Source: an uncultured Acidobacteriaceae bacterium
GTDB lineage: Bacteria > Acidobacteriota > Terriglobia > Terriglobales > Acidobacteriaceae
Direction of reading: 5' to 3'
Length of the DNA: 64,000 nt
Assembly (NCBI GenBank): GCA_963701835.1
Contig: CAVPBL010000017.1
Span: 97,116-161,115 of the forward strand
A program made the translations under genes and the position numbers. Of the stretch, positions 1-11,667 are shown in pieces. How positions within the stretch are numbered: the first letter of the stretch is position 1; each line of letters starts with the position of its first letter. Under the pieces are notes generated by a model. The model ran no database searches. It was given only the letters and a program-made list of their open reading frames with translations, and was not told the DNA's origin.

Positions 1-2006
1 CGATCCGGCCAAGCCGGCGCTGGCCAAGGCACGCCTCGGTGCGGCCGACCTACACGGCGCGCGGCGGAACCATCCGCTACATGGCGCCGGAGCAGTTTGT
101 CACCGGGCAGTCGAGCGTGCAGTCGGACGTGTGGGCGCTGGGCGTGATTCTGTATGAGCTGGCGAGCGGACGGCATCCATTCGCGCGGCCCGACGCCGAG
201 GATTTTCAGGCGATTCGCGCCATCCAGTTTCTGGAGCCGCCGGATTTGAGCGCGATTGTGCCCGAGATTTCTCCGGAGCTGAAAAGCGTGATTGCGGCGT
301 GCCTCGAAAAGAATCCGGGCGCGCGCACAGCCTCGGCGGCCGAGGTGCGCGAGGGGCTGAAGACCATCATGAAGGCGCTGCGCATCGAGACGGGAATCAT
401 TCCCGGCGACGCGGCGGCCAATCTGCCGGCGACGGGCGCAGAGGCGGAGAAGCGCGCAACGGGTCTGCTTTCGATGCTGGCGGAGCGGTTTCGCGAGTCG
501 GCGGGCGAGCAGAAGGCGCAGAACTCGCTGGTGGTGCTGCCCTTTGCCAACCTGGGCGCGACAGAGGCGGCGCCGCTCTACGGATATGCGCTGGCGGATG
601 CGATCGCGGCGCGGCTGGCGCGGATTCCCTCGCTGGTGGTGCGGCCATCGAGCGCGCTGATGCGCCTTGCCCATCGCTGCAGATGGATCCGCTGGCGGTG
701 GGACAAAAGCTGCTGGTTAAGTTTGTGCTCGCCGGAAGCTTTGTGCGCTCCGAGAGCGGATTCGACCTGAACTGGCAACTGCTCGATGTGGCGTCGCAGA
801 GCGTGCGCTCGGGCGGATCGATTCGCGTGGCGTCACTGGATTTGATTGCGGTGCAGACGGAGATTTCGAACGAGGTGTTCGCCACGCTGCAAGGAGTGGG
901 GGCGGCGGAAAGGATCGAATGCAGCGCGGCCTGGGCAGAGTTTCGACACGCAGCGCGGGGCGGCGCGCGATGGATCGCTGCCGGGCCCGGTGAGCGAGAA
1001 GTATCTGCAGGCGCGGGCGCTGCTGAGCTCATTCATGGTGCGCACAGGCTCTCGCGCCGATCTGGATCGCGCGCACGCGCTGTTCACCAGCGTGACGGCG
1101 GCCGACGCGAAGTTTGCCGCGGGATGGAGCGGGCTGGGCATTGCCGAGCTGCAGTACGCGCGCCACGGCTTCGGCGGGCAGATTCACGTGATGCGCGCGC
1201 GGCGCGCGTTCGACGAGGCGCTCAAGCTCGATCCGGCTTCGACCGAGGCCAATCTCTACCGCATCTACATGCTGCTGTCGCGCGGCGAAAAGGAGTCGGC
1301 GCGGCACGGAATTGCGGGCCTGCTGGCCGGCGCCGCGAACGACTGGAATGTGCACATGGTGGCCGGCCTGGCGCTGCGCGGCGACGGCATGTACGACGAG
1401 GCGCTGAGCGAATTCAGCCGCGCGCTCAAGCTGAATCCGGCGAACGCGGCGATTCTCTACAACCATCGCGCCCGCGTGTACCACTACCAGAACCAGATTG
1501 AGCTGGCCGGCGACGAGCTGGAAAAAGGCCTGGCGCTGGAGCCGCGCCATCCGCTGCTGCGCACCTCGGCGGGCTACCAGCAGATGCGCCTGGGCAACCT
1601 GGACGCGGCCATCGAGATTCTGGAGGGCGTGATCGCCGACGATCCCTCGCTGCGCATCGCCGTGCCCACGCTGGCCATCTGCTATGTGCAGGCGGGCGCG
1701 CGGGAGCGGGGCGCAGCGCTGCTGAAGGACGACACGCTGGCCGCGGCCGAGGCCGACAGCGAGATGGCCTACCGGCTGGCCACTTACTTTGCCGTCGATG
1801 GCGACTCCAGCGAGGCGCTGCACTGGCTGCGCCGCGCCATCTATCTCGGCAACGAGAACTATCCGTGGTTCCAGAAGAATCCCGCGTGGAACAACCTGCG
1901 CACGAATGCGGACTTCGAGCGGATTCTCGAGGATTTGAAGAAAGGCTTCCGCAAAAACCAGAAGACGTGGAAGCGATTGCTGGAGGAAGTGCCGGCGGGA
2001 GAGTGA
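1..2006 (+). CDS. Ser/Thr protein kinase with TolB-like/TPR C-terminus (5'-partial, frameshifted)
   Basis: Kinase motifs GTIRYMAPEQ and SDVWALGVILYE, then 'SLVVLPFANLG' module and TPR helices (ALKLNPANA); pieces in ORFs 39..770, 299..1501 and 846..2006. Confidence 0.85.
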
Positions 2007-2138
2007 TGGTTCGGCTTTCGACAACGAACTATGAACTTGAAGCAGAGTTGTTTGTTGGGTTCAAGCCACCTGCAAATGTGGGTTTCAGGTCTCTGTTCTT
2101 CAAGAATGGAGAGACCGCCATCTCGACCTTGACTGCTT

Positions 2139-2441
2139 CTAGCCCTCGATTTCTTCCAACAATGGAAGAAGATCCCGTTTGCCATGCACGACGCGCTCGA
2201 TGCGGACCGCATTCTGGCGGATGCGGAAGAGAATGACGTAATTGCCCACTGTGGCTAAGCGCGCTTCCGCGCCAAGTTCGGGCCGCAGACGGTAGAATCC
2301 TGCCGGTTGCTTGGCAATTTCCTTCATCCGCGCGCGAAGCAAACGAATCACTCGCGCTGCGTGGCGGGGACTGTCCTGCGCAATATACTCCGCGATCTCT
2401 TCAAGGTCGCCCGGCACACAGGGCGATAGCCGGAGGCGCAT
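2139..2441 (-). CDS. parE: ParE/RelE family toxin
   Basis: DLEEIAEYIAQDSP..A and GNYVILFRI...VRIERVVHGKRDL motifs; overlaps the antitoxin stop. Confidence 0.85.
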   Translation of the reverse strand: MRLRLSPCVPGDLEEIAEYIAQDSPRHAARVIRLLRARMKEIAKQPAGFYRLRPELGAEARLATVGNYVILFRIRQNAVRIERVVHGKRDLLPLLEEIEG

Positions 2442-2722
2442 TACCGGCCCGTTGCCTTGGCCAAGCCGTCATATTTGCGTTCCAGGCGGTCGAAGACCGG
2501 GTCTGGATCAAGGCCTTCGGAATCGTCCGCGACCGCCTCCTGCCATAGCTTGCGGAGATTCGACAGGCTCTGTTCTCGCAGGTTGCGCTTGTGCGTCCAG
2601 TCGCGGAGGGCGTCGCGCACGACCTCGCTGTTGGAGGAATACTCCCCGGCATCCACGGCACGGCGGACGAGTGCCGCCATCTCTGCGGGGAGCGCGATGC
2701 TCAGCTTTTCGATGGTAGGCAT
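2441..2722 (-). CDS. parD: ParD-like ribbon-helix-helix antitoxin
   Basis: KLSIALP...VDAGEYSSNSEVVRDALR motif; directly upstream of ParE. Confidence 0.85.
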   Translation of the reverse strand: MPTIEKLSIALPAEMAALVRRAVDAGEYSSNSEVVRDALRDWTHKRNLREQSLSNLRKLWQEAVADDSEGLDPDPVFDRLERKYDGLAKATGR

Positions 2723-2735
2723 AAGGCGTACCCCA

Positions 2736-2752
2736 GTAGTAATGAATACTAC
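2736..2752. promoter_or_regulatory. Probable ParD operator palindrome
   Basis: GTAGTA-N5-TACTAC just upstream of the antitoxin start. Confidence 0.6.
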
Positions 2753-2851
2753 CACATTCTCACCGAGCCATCCTGACCATGGCTCGCAGCGAAATGGTGC
2801 TACATCCGGGCGGTGCGGCCCAAGTTGCTGAAGATTCGCGGAGTTCTGGAA

Positions 2852-4575
2852 TCAGGGAATGCGTTCGTAGGGCTGGTACACCGGCTCCCACACATACGCG
2901 CGGAGTTCTTCCGCGAAGCCCGCTTCGTCGACGGCATCGGCTACTCCGTCGGCCATCGCTTGCCGGCCCACGGCCTCAGCCACCACCAGGCTCACTTTGC
3001 GGGAGTCGGCGATGGGCGGCAGCAGCGGAGCGCTTTTGTCCGCGCGCGCCGGCGAAAGCGAGGCCAGCGCTTTGGCGGCGGCCATAATCATGCCGTCGGT
3101 GACGCGCCGGGCGCGGGAGACGAGGATGCCGAGCGCCAGGCCGGGAAAGATGTAGGAGTTGTTGATCTGCGCGATGCGGACGAGTTTGCCGTTGACTTCG
3201 ACCGGCGCAAAGGGGCTGCCCGTGCCCACCAGCGCGCGGCCGTCGGTCCAGCGCAGCAGGTCGGCGGGCGTGGCTTCGGATTGCGAAGTGGGATTCGACA
3301 GCGGGAAGATGACCGGGCGCGGAGTGTGGCGCGCCATCTCGCGCACAATCTCCTCGGTAAATGCGCCGGGCTGCGCGCTGACGCCGGCCAGCACCGTGAT
3401 GCCGGCGTTGCGCACCACATCGAGCAGCGAGATGGCGCCGGTTCGAGCTTGGCGCCGAAAGCTTCCATCCCGCAACGTCCTCGCGCTTGCGCGCCAGCGG
3501 CTGCTGCTCGGGACGAATCCCTTTGCCGCCTTCGACGAGCAGGCCGTAGCGATTGAAGGCGTAGATGCGCTTGCGCGCCTGCTCTTCGCTCAGGCCCTCT
3601 TCCTTCATGGCGGCGATGAGGAGATCGACGATGCCGATGCCGGCCGATCCGGAGCCGAACATGGCGATGGTCTGCTCGCGGAGCGGGATGCCGGTGGCGT
3701 TGACGGCGGCCAGCAGCGTGGCGGTGGTCACGGCCGCGGTTCCCTGAATGTCGTCGTTGAAGGTGCAGAGCCGGTCGCGATAGCGCTCCAGCAGGCGCGC
3801 CGCGTTGGCGCCGGCGAAATCCTCCCACTGCAAAAGGATGTGCGGCCAGCGGCGCTCGACGGCAGTCACAAAGGCCTCGACAAAATCGTCGTACTCCTGG
3901 CCGCGAATGCGCTTGTGCTGCCAGCCGATGTAAATGGGATCGTTGAGCAGCGCTTCGTTGTCGGTGCCCACGTCGAGCAGCATGGGCAGGCAATGCTCCG
4001 GCGGAATGCCGCCCAGCGCCGTGTAGAGCGCCATCTTGCCGATGGGAATGCCCATGCCGCCCGCGCCCTGATCGCCCAGGCCGAGGATGCGCTCGCCGTC
4101 GCTGACCACAATGCAGCGCACGTCGTCGTAGCGCGGGTTGGCGAGGATCTGCTCGATGCGGTCCTTGTTGGGATAGCTGAGGAAGAGGCCGCGCGGCTTG
4201 CGCCAGATCTCGGAGAAGCGCTGGCATCCCTCGCCCACTGCCGGCGTGTAGACGATGGGCAGCAACTCCTCGATGTGGTGGGCGATGAGCGAGTAGAACA
4301 GCGTCTCGTCGTTGTCCTGCAGGTCGCGCATATTGCGTGTACTTGCCGAATGCAGTGGGCCGGCTGTCGAGCACGCGCTTGCGGCGCTCGCGCTGGTCTT
4401 CGAGGGTTCCGATGTGCGGCGGCAGCAGGCCGTGCAGAGCGAAAGCATCGCGCTCCGCTTCAGTAAAGGCCGTGCCTTTGTTGAGGCGGGGATTCATGAG
4501 CAGATCGAGCCCGGAAAGGCTGGTGCGAATGACAGGGATGTCAGGGTCGCTCGGCGAGGGGGATTCTGCGCTCAA
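2852..4575 (-). CDS. maeA: NAD-dependent malic enzyme (frameshifted)
   Basis: [56 protein letters not shown] and [10 protein letters not shown] motifs across three frames. Confidence 0.9.
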
Positions 4576-4663
4576 AACAATCGTCTCCTTGATATAGGTT
4601 TTGTTTTTTGCGGTGCTTCCCATAATAGCGAAGCCGTGACTCCGCCGCGAACATGCAAGCCGC

Positions 4664-5086
4664 TCAGGCCTGCCATGGATCGAAGATAGGAACTCCGGTG
4701 CGCGCGAAGTGAGACACGTTGCGCGTAACAAGGGTCATACCATGCACCAACGCCGTTGCCGCGATGAGCGCGTCGCGATCGTCCCGCGGGTCGGGCACGT
4801 GCAACGACGCGCCTCGTCGTGCAATCTTGAGGTCGACCGGCAATATTCGTCCCTCAAATTCGGGAAGCACTTGATCTTCCAGCCATGCGCGCAGCATCGC
4901 TCCCTGCCGCGGATCTCTGCGCTCCATGAGCAGAACTCCCTTTTCCAGCTCCAGAACAGTAATGACTGAGAGATATGCGAATTCTGAGACCAAACTCTCC
5001 GACCATGCCGTTACGCCAGGATCCGCTGTGCCGGCTCCGATCTTGCGCTGCTCCGAGACAACGTTTGTATCGAGAAGATACATCAC
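4664..5086 (-). CDS. vapC: VapC PIN-domain toxin
   Basis: YLLDTNVVSE, SVITVLELEKG, DALIAATALVHGMTLVTRN. Confidence 0.92.
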   Translation of the reverse strand: MMYLLDTNVVSEQRKIGAGTADPGVTAWSESLVSEFAYLSVITVLELEKGVLLMERRDPRQGAMLRAWLEDQVLPEFEGRILPVDLKIARRGASLHVPDPRDDRDALIAATALVHGMTLVTRNVSHFARTGVPIFDPWQA

Positions 5087-5343
5087 GAAAAGTCGGCCGG
5101 ACGAAACATCTTGCTGCTTAATCGCGGCGGCTCAAAGTCAACCTGGCCGGCATTGGGCATCGCCAATGCTTCCGCCAAACTCTTCTTCTTCTTGCCGGAA
5201 ATCTCCCGGTACTTTTCGATCGTCAACAGTACGTGTGCAGGCCGTCCTCGATCGGTGATAAAGACCGGTCCCTTCTTCGCGGCGCGCTTCGCGCGGCCTG
5301 TGTCCTGGTTGAATTCGCGGCTGGAAAGGGTCGTGATCGTCAC
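5083..5343 (-). CDS. Phd/YefM family antitoxin
   Basis: TTLSSREFNQDTGRAKRAA..GPVFITDRGRPAHVLL; GTG start after GGAGG; overlaps vapC. Confidence 0.9.
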   Translation of the reverse strand: MTITTLSSREFNQDTGRAKRAAKKGPVFITDRGRPAHVLLTIEKYREISGKKKKSLAEALAMPNAGQVDFEPPRLSSKMFRPADFS

Positions 5344-5354
5344 AGTGCGCCTCC

Positions 5355-5374
5355 ATGTAGCAACGTTACTACAT
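5355..5374. promoter_or_regulatory. Antitoxin operator palindrome
   Basis: ATGTAG-C-AACGTT-A-CTACAT directly upstream of the antitoxin RBS. Confidence 0.65.
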
Positions 5375-5394
5375 TGTAGCACGATCCCGGCTAT

Positions 5395-6534
5395 TCAAAG
5401 GTCAAGTACACGATCTCGGGGCGTGTGCCGACGCGCATGGGAGGGCCCCAGCGTTCCGGCAGCCGGTGGATGTGTAGACCTGGAGCGCGCCAAAGCGATG
5501 CAGACCGTTGGTGAAGGGGCCAAAGATGCTGCGCGTGATCCAAGTGAAAGGAAAGAACTGCCCGCCGTGGGTGTGGCCGGAGAGCTGCAGGCTGAAGCCG
5601 GCCTGCTCCACAATGGGCAGGCGCGTGGGCGCGTGGTTGAGCAGGATGCCGGGCCGGGAGCGGTCGAGCCGCGGACTGTTGGCGCGCATGTTATCGAGCG
5701 CCGCCTTCATGCGCAGCGGCGAGGCTGAGTCGTGATAGAGCACGCCGGCAATCTGCAGTCCGTCGACCATGACCAGCTCGTTGGCGAGAACGCGGATGCC
5801 GGCGCGAGCGATGGCCTCGATGTAATGCGTCGCGTCGAGTAAATTCTTCGTGATTGCCGGTGGAGAAGTAGATGCCGAAGGGCGGAGTGAGCGCCTGGAA
5901 CGGCGCGACCAGGCGGTCGAGATCGCCTTTGGTGCCGTCGAAAAGGTCGCCGGGAAGAAAGACGATATCGGGCTCGAGACGCGCGGCCAGGGCAACCAGG
6001 CGGCGGCAGAAACGGACGCCGTTGATGGGCCCGAGGTGCAGATCGCTGAGCAGGACAGCGCGGCGGCCGCGCCAGGACGCGGGCAGATTGGGAAGTTGGA
6101 CGGCGATGCGGCGGATGCGGATCACGCGGGCGTTGAAGAGGCCGTAGATGCCGGTGAGCGCGGCTACGCGAGTAGAGAGCGGCGGCGAGAAGCGGGCGGA
6201 TCCGCCGGGATTCGCCGCCAGGTGGGAGAAGGCGGAGCACAAACCACGCGCAGCCAGACGAGACAGCGACGCCCAGAAGAAGAAGTTGAGAAAGCCGAGC
6301 CAGACGGCCGCGATCCAATAAAAGAGCCCGGACGGCAAAATTCGAAAACCGGAAGGAAAGCAGCGAGGCGACGACGAAGCTGAAGGCCAGAACGAACATC
6401 GCGATGCGCAGATCGGCCACCGCAGCGGGAGCGAGACCGGGCCAGAAGGCGATGCAGGTGGAATAGACGAACCAATGGGCAAGGAAAAGGATGACCTGGA
6501 TGACGAGGATGGCAACGACAGGCCAGGCTTTCAA
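5395..6534 (-). CDS. Membrane-anchored metallophosphoesterase (YkuE/YaeI-like, frameshifted)
   Basis: SDLHLG, GDLFDG, GNHE, NHAP and LSGHTHGGQ motifs; N-terminal TM helices. Confidence 0.85.
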
Positions 6535-6626
6535 ATCCGGATCTCCTTCTAATCCATCATTGCATGAGCGGCGGCGGGGATTTTCGGAGCAGGCGGACCT
6601 GCGGACGCGCGTGAAACAATCTTTTC

Positions 6627-7947
6627 ATGACCGGCAACGGCGGCAACGCGCTGGGAATTTACATTTCCATTCCCTTTTGCCGGTCGAAGTGCACCTATTG
6701 CAACTTTGCCTCGGGCGTGTATCCGGCCGGCGACCATGAGCGCTATGTGGAGCGGCTGATCGAGGACCTGGCCGGCGCGAGGGCGTGGGCCGCGAAGCTT
6801 GGAGCGGAGCTGCCGCGGCGCGTGGACACGGTCTATCTGGGCGGGGGAACGCCGACGCTGCTGGCTCCGGAGTTGCTGGCGCGGTTATTCGCCGCGATGC
6901 GCGCGGAGTTCGATCGTCGATGCGGACGCGGAAATCACCATGGAGTGCGCGCCGGGGCAAATGGCGGACGCGACGCTGGAGGCGATGGCGGCCGCGGGCG
7001 TGAACCGCGTGAGCCTGGGCGTGCAGTCGTTTGTGGATAGCGAGGCGCACGCGAGCGGGCGGCTGCACAACAGGGCGAAGGTTGAGGCGGATTTGCGGCG
7101 GCTGCGCGCGGCCGGGATCACGAACCTGAACGTGGATCTGATCGCGGGGCTGGCCGGGCAGACGCTTGCCTCGTGGGAAGATCGCTGGACGGCGCTGGTG
7201 GACTCGGGCGTTCCTCACGCCAGCGTGTACATGCTGGAGGTGGACGAGGATTCGCGGCTGGGGCGCGAGGTGCTGGCGGGCGGGTCGCGCTATCACGCCG
7301 GACTGGTGCCGGGCGACGATGCGATCGCGCGGATGTATGAGCGGGCGATCGAGCGGCTGGAGGAGGCGGGGCTGCGCCAGTACGAGATCTCGAATTTCGC
7401 GCGGCCTGGACTTCGAGTCGCGGCACAACTTGCGCTACTGGCAGCGGCGGCCGTATCTGGGCGTGGGGTTGGATGCGTCGTCGATGCTGCGGGCGGCGGG
7501 CTCTGGGTCAGAGCGTGAATTCGCAGGCCGCGGAAAGACTCCTGCAAGGCAGAGCTTTGTATCAGGGCACGACTTCAGTCGTGCCGATGGCGAAGTGCAA
7601 TGTGTGAGGGCTTTAGCCCTTGCGGCAGACTTGGTTCTTCGCTCATCGACGACCGACGATCTCAATGCATATCTCAGCTCTCCCGCGGCGCCGGAAATCA
7701 CGTGGCTCGCGCCTGCTCGCCAGCACGAGGAAGCGTGGTTTCTGGGGCTGCGGATGAATGCAGGCGTGGACGTGGCCGCGCTGCGAGCAGAATTCGGCCG
7801 CGAGATGGTCGAGCCGGCGATGCAAACAGTGGAGCGGCTGGTGAACGAGGGCTGCTGACCTTCGACGGCGAACGCGTTCGGCTTACCGCACGCGGCAGGC
7901 TCATTTCAAACGATGTGTTTCAGGAGTTCTGGAGCCGTACGCGATAG
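6627..7947 (+). CDS. hemW: Radical SAM heme chaperone HemW (frameshifted, with in-frame repeat insertion)
   Basis: YISIPFCRSKCTYCNF (CxxxCxxC), YLGGGTPT, NRVSLGVQSF, YEISNFA, HNLRYW. Confidence 0.9.
7524..7625. repeat. Palindromic REP/MITE-type element inside hemW
   Basis: TTTGTATCAGGGCACGACTTCAGTCGTGCCGA...AGGGCTTTAGCCC, near-identical to the copy at 57362-57424. Confidence 0.8.
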
Positions 7948-7983
7948 AGACTCGTGAGAAGCTTGCGGCTGATGCAGTGTGAT

Positions 7984-8304
7984 TCAGGCGGCCTTAGCTG
8001 CCCTGCGCGCTGGTTGGACCTTGAGCATGGCCCGCATGCCCAGGCGATCGCAATAACGCAGCAGCTTTTCGATGCTAACCTGGGCGATGCGGCCTCGCAG
8101 CAGATTACTGACTGCCGGTTGATGCTCGTCGAGAACGCTGACCAATTGGTGCTGCGTGTAGTTCTGCCGCTCGATTTCATCGCGGATGGCATCAAGCAGA
8201 TCGGCCTTGATTTTAAGCGCCGTCGCATCGGCATGCGTAAAGCCGAGATCGTCCAGCACGTCGCCCCGAGTCACATGGGTAACTGCACCAACCTTCTTAG
8301 CCAT
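7984..8304 (-). CDS. higA: HigA-like XRE/HTH antitoxin
   Basis: GDVLDDLGF..A..LKIKADL, HTH QPAVSNLLRGRI; downstream of the toxin. Confidence 0.8.
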   Translation of the reverse strand: MAKKVGAVTHVTRGDVLDDLGFTHADATALKIKADLLDAIRDEIERQNYTQHQLVSVLDEHQPAVSNLLRGRIAQVSIEKLLRYCDRLGMRAMLKVQPARRAAKAA

Positions 8305-8662
8305 GACCTTTTTTCTCCGAAATTCTCGCCTGCGACAGCACCAACCTCAGCCTTGATTTCGCAATCTCCAGGTCGCGCCGGCCGGTCTTGCGGCTCTTCT
8401 TCTCAAATGCGTGCAACACATACAGCTCATCGCCGATCCGCGTCAGGTAGATCACTCTGTACCAGGTTTTTTCATCGGCGGCTTTCAGTTCCCAAACGCC
8501 GTTTCCAATTGACTCCATCCGCCGTGCATCGCAGTCCGGAAGCAGTCCCTTTTGTAATCTGCGCAGGGAGTACCCCAGTGTGCCCTTAATCTCTCGAGGA
8601 AAGGAACTCAGAACCTCTTTTGCATTCCCGGTCCAGTAGATCTCTGCGTAGTCCCGCACCAT
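8297..8662 (-). CDS. higB: RelE/HigB-family (gp49-like) toxin
   Basis: IGNGVWELK..DEKTWYRVIY...LYVLHAFEKKSRKT...DLEIAKSR. Confidence 0.85.
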   Translation of the reverse strand: MVRDYAEIYWTGNAKEVLSSFPREIKGTLGYSLRRLQKGLLPDCDARRMESIGNGVWELKAADEKTWYRVIYLTRIGDELYVLHAFEKKSRKTGRRDLEIAKSRLRLVLSQARISEKKGHG

Positions 8663-8681
8663 CGAAATATATCATATTTCG
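8663..8681 (-). promoter_or_regulatory. higBA promoter/operator (probably leaderless)
   Basis: Palindrome CGAAATAT-ATC-ATATTTCG containing -10 TATGAT 8 nt before the ATG. Confidence 0.6.
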
Positions 8682-8707
8682 TATAAGGGAGATGCGCGGA
8701 TTTGCCG

Positions 8708-9704
8708 CTACCACGCCAGCAACTCGTCGCCCGAGGTCGCGGAGAGAAACGTAACCGGCGACGGGCGTGGACTCGCGGCGGGCATCCGAAACACTGGATG
8801 GACTCGGGTCCGGCAGCCTTGGCCCATTCCAGCGCTTTCTCGGCCTCGCGCAGGACCACCACCGGCGAGCGGCCGCGGCTGTTGGCGATGCCAAAGCAGG
8901 CGGAGAGGCGGATGGCTTCGCCCGCCACGCGGAAGGGCACGGAAAAAACATCGACGCGCAGGCGCTCGGCCAGGATCATGGCGCTGGCGGGGCTGCAGGC
9001 AGGCAGCGCGATCAGGAACTCGTCCATGCCAGGCCGCCCCAGCAGGTCGTAGCTGCGCAACAGAGCACGCGGTGCGGCTGGCCACCTGGCAAAGCAGTCT
9101 CATCGCAGGCGTCCACGCCAAGGCGCGAGTTCCAGTGGCCGAAGTCGTCGATATCGAAGAGCACCAGGCACAAGGAGCTGTTCATGCGCTGCACGCGGTC
9201 GGTCTCGCGAAAGAGCATGGCGAGCAGAGTTTCGCGATTGTAGACGCCGGTGAGGCGGTCGAATTGAGCGTTGCGAATGGCGGCCTCGCGCAGGGTTTCG
9301 AGCTCGCGCGCCATGCGCTGATTGCGCAGCACCAGGTCGAGCCGAAGCTGCCAGTAGGCGGATTCCGCGGAGCGCAGGATCAGGTCGTCGATGGCGCCCT
9401 CGGCGAGGCGGTCGATCCATTCCTCGGTCACAGTGTCGGCAATCAGAACAATGGGGAAGCGCGGGCCGTCGGCCTGGGCGCGGCGCAGCGGCCAGCAACT
9501 GGCCGATCGGCATGCCGGGCAGGCTTGCAGTCGAGCAACGACCAGGCCGGGCGGATTCGCGCCGGCGATGGAGGCCAGCGCCGCCTCGGCGGAGAGAACA
9601 ACTTCGACGCGCGCGCCGGCGGCCTGAAGCAGCGGCTCGATGGCGCCAAGAAGAGCCGGATCGGGCGAAGCAAGCAGAAAAGCGGGCGAGCGTGACGAAG
9701 GCAT
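8708..9704 (-). CDS. REC-GGDEF protein with degenerate GMDEF motif (frameshifted)
   Basis: DRLTGVYNR, LVLFDIDDF, RSYDLLGRPGMDEF. Confidence 0.8.
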
Positions 9705-9890
9705 CCGGGCAAATCTCCTGCTTGGATGCATCGGCACACATTAGAAAAAATTTAGAAACCGGCCGAAGAATTGTTGAGGCCGCCCAATGACCTTTGGGCG
9801 GAGTCGTGACACCAAAGGTACCGTGTCCGCACCGGGACAAAAACACAATCCGCCTGCGGCAACATCGACTCCGCCATCAGCGATTGTCCG

Positions 9891-10771
9891 CTAATCCACG
9901 AAGTCCACTTGCGGAGCGATGGGGATGATGCCGCGCTCGTGGCCCATCGCGAGCAGCTTGCGGATGGCTTCGCGGCCGTCGGGGCCGTAGTCGAGCGTGC
10001 GCTCGTTCACATACATGCTCACAAAGTGGCTGGCCATCGCTGGTGTCCAGGTCGCGCGCGAACTGCATGGCGTATTCGAGGGCCTGCTCGCGGTGCTCCA
10101 GGGCGTAGCGGATGCTAGTCGCGCAGCGCCTTGGAGATGACCTTGTGCGTTTTGGCGCCGAGCGAGCGGCGGATGGCGTTGCCGCCCAGCGGCAGCACAA
10201 GCCCGGTGGTTTCGCGCCACCAGACGCCGAGATCGATGACCTTGAAGAGACCGCTGGTGGAGTAGGTGAGCTGGCCCTCGTGGATGATGAGGCCGGCATC
10301 GTATTTGCCGGCCAGAATCTCGGGAATGATGCGGTCGAAGGGAACGGTGACGGTCTCGATGTCCGGATTGAAGATTTTGAGCGCGAGATAGGCCGTGGTC
10401 AGCGTGCCGGGAACGGCGACGCGGATGCGGCCGAGGTCTTCTGGCGTCAAGCTTGCGGCTGGAGACGACCATGGGGCCGTAGCCCTCGCCCACGCTGCCG
10501 CCGCAACCCATGAGCGTGTAGTTCTGCTGCAGGTAGGGATAGGCGTGAAAGCTGATGGCGGTGACATCGTAGAAGGCCTCTTCGCGGGCGCGGCGGTTGA
10601 GCGTCTCAATGTCGCAGAGCGTGTGGTTGAAGCGGTAGCCGGGCACGCGAATCTTGTTGCGTCGCCAGGCCATAAAACATGAAGGCATCGTCGGAATCGG
10701 GGCTATGGGCGATGGAGATTTCCACCGGGGACTGCGCGATCTGGCTGACGATCCGGGGTCTGAGTGCTCAC
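9891..10771 (-). CDS. mqnD: 1,4-dihydroxy-6-naphthoate synthase (futalosine pathway, frameshifted)
   Basis: [60 protein letters not shown]. Confidence 0.88.
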
Positions 10772-10900
10772 GACGGGGGAGATCCTTTCGGCAACAAATG
10801 ACTGACGATACTTCACTGATGCGGCAATAGCGTTCAGTGGATGACCGGCACTTGCGGCTCATCTTGACGCGGCGTTGCCGGCCGATCAATACATACGCTT

Positions 10901-11063
10901 TCAGGGATTCACTTCCAGGTCGGACTCCTCGGCTGGTTCGACGGCCGCGGACGGTTCGCTCCCTGGGTTTCGTGCGCTGCAGCCAGATGTGACGAGCCAC
11001 ACCCGCGGCCGCAAACAGCAGCGCCCCGAGCGAAACGAGAAGGACAATCAAGAGCCAGCGCAT
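10901..11063 (-). CDS. Small single-pass membrane protein
   Basis: MRWLLIVLLVSLGALLFAAAGVARHIW hydrophobic start; the 3' end needs a frameshift. Confidence 0.4.
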
Positions 11064-11142
11064 GGGACAAACTCCCACAAGGATACCAGAGCGCCCGCGC
11101 GCGACCTAGATGGCTCACGCCGCGGTACCTTAAGGCCCGCTT

Positions 11143-11495
11143 TCACGCCACCGATTCCTCTGGCGCGCGCAAGCACGCGTGCAGCCAGGCGAGGTAGGGA
11201 TGGCTGCCGGCCTCGACCGCAAGCACCAGAAACTCGGGGGTTTGGTAGCTGTGAAGTTCATGCAGCCGCGCTTCGAGAGCGGGCAGTTGATCGGAGGCTG
11301 TTTTGAGCAGACAGCAGAGTTTCGGCCGACGACTCGATCTGGTCCCTGCCAGCGGTAGATGGAGTGAACAGGGGGAAGGAGCGTGGCGCAGGCGGCCAAC
11401 CGCTCCTCGACGAGCGTGCGGCCCAGGCGAGTGGCTGCCTCGGGGCTGACGACGGTGGTCATGACGATGCGGGCGGACGACGTGGTTTCGAGCAT
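11143..11495 (-). CDS. cutA: Divalent-cation tolerance protein CutA (frameshifted)
   Basis: LVEERLAACA, SIYRWQG, LHSYQTPEFL, YLAWL. Confidence 0.88.
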
Positions 11496-11667
11496 AGGCC
11501 CCTCCGGGATGAAAACGATGCTGCAAACACTGTAAGCCCAAATCGGTCCGCCGTGCGGCTGTTTCGCCAAGTTGTTTTTGATGAGCGCAATGCTGCCTTG
11601 CCGATCCGGGCCCGGTGTTGCAGTATGGACTTTGCGGCCCGCGAAGCTGCCGCGCGTGGAGAAGACG

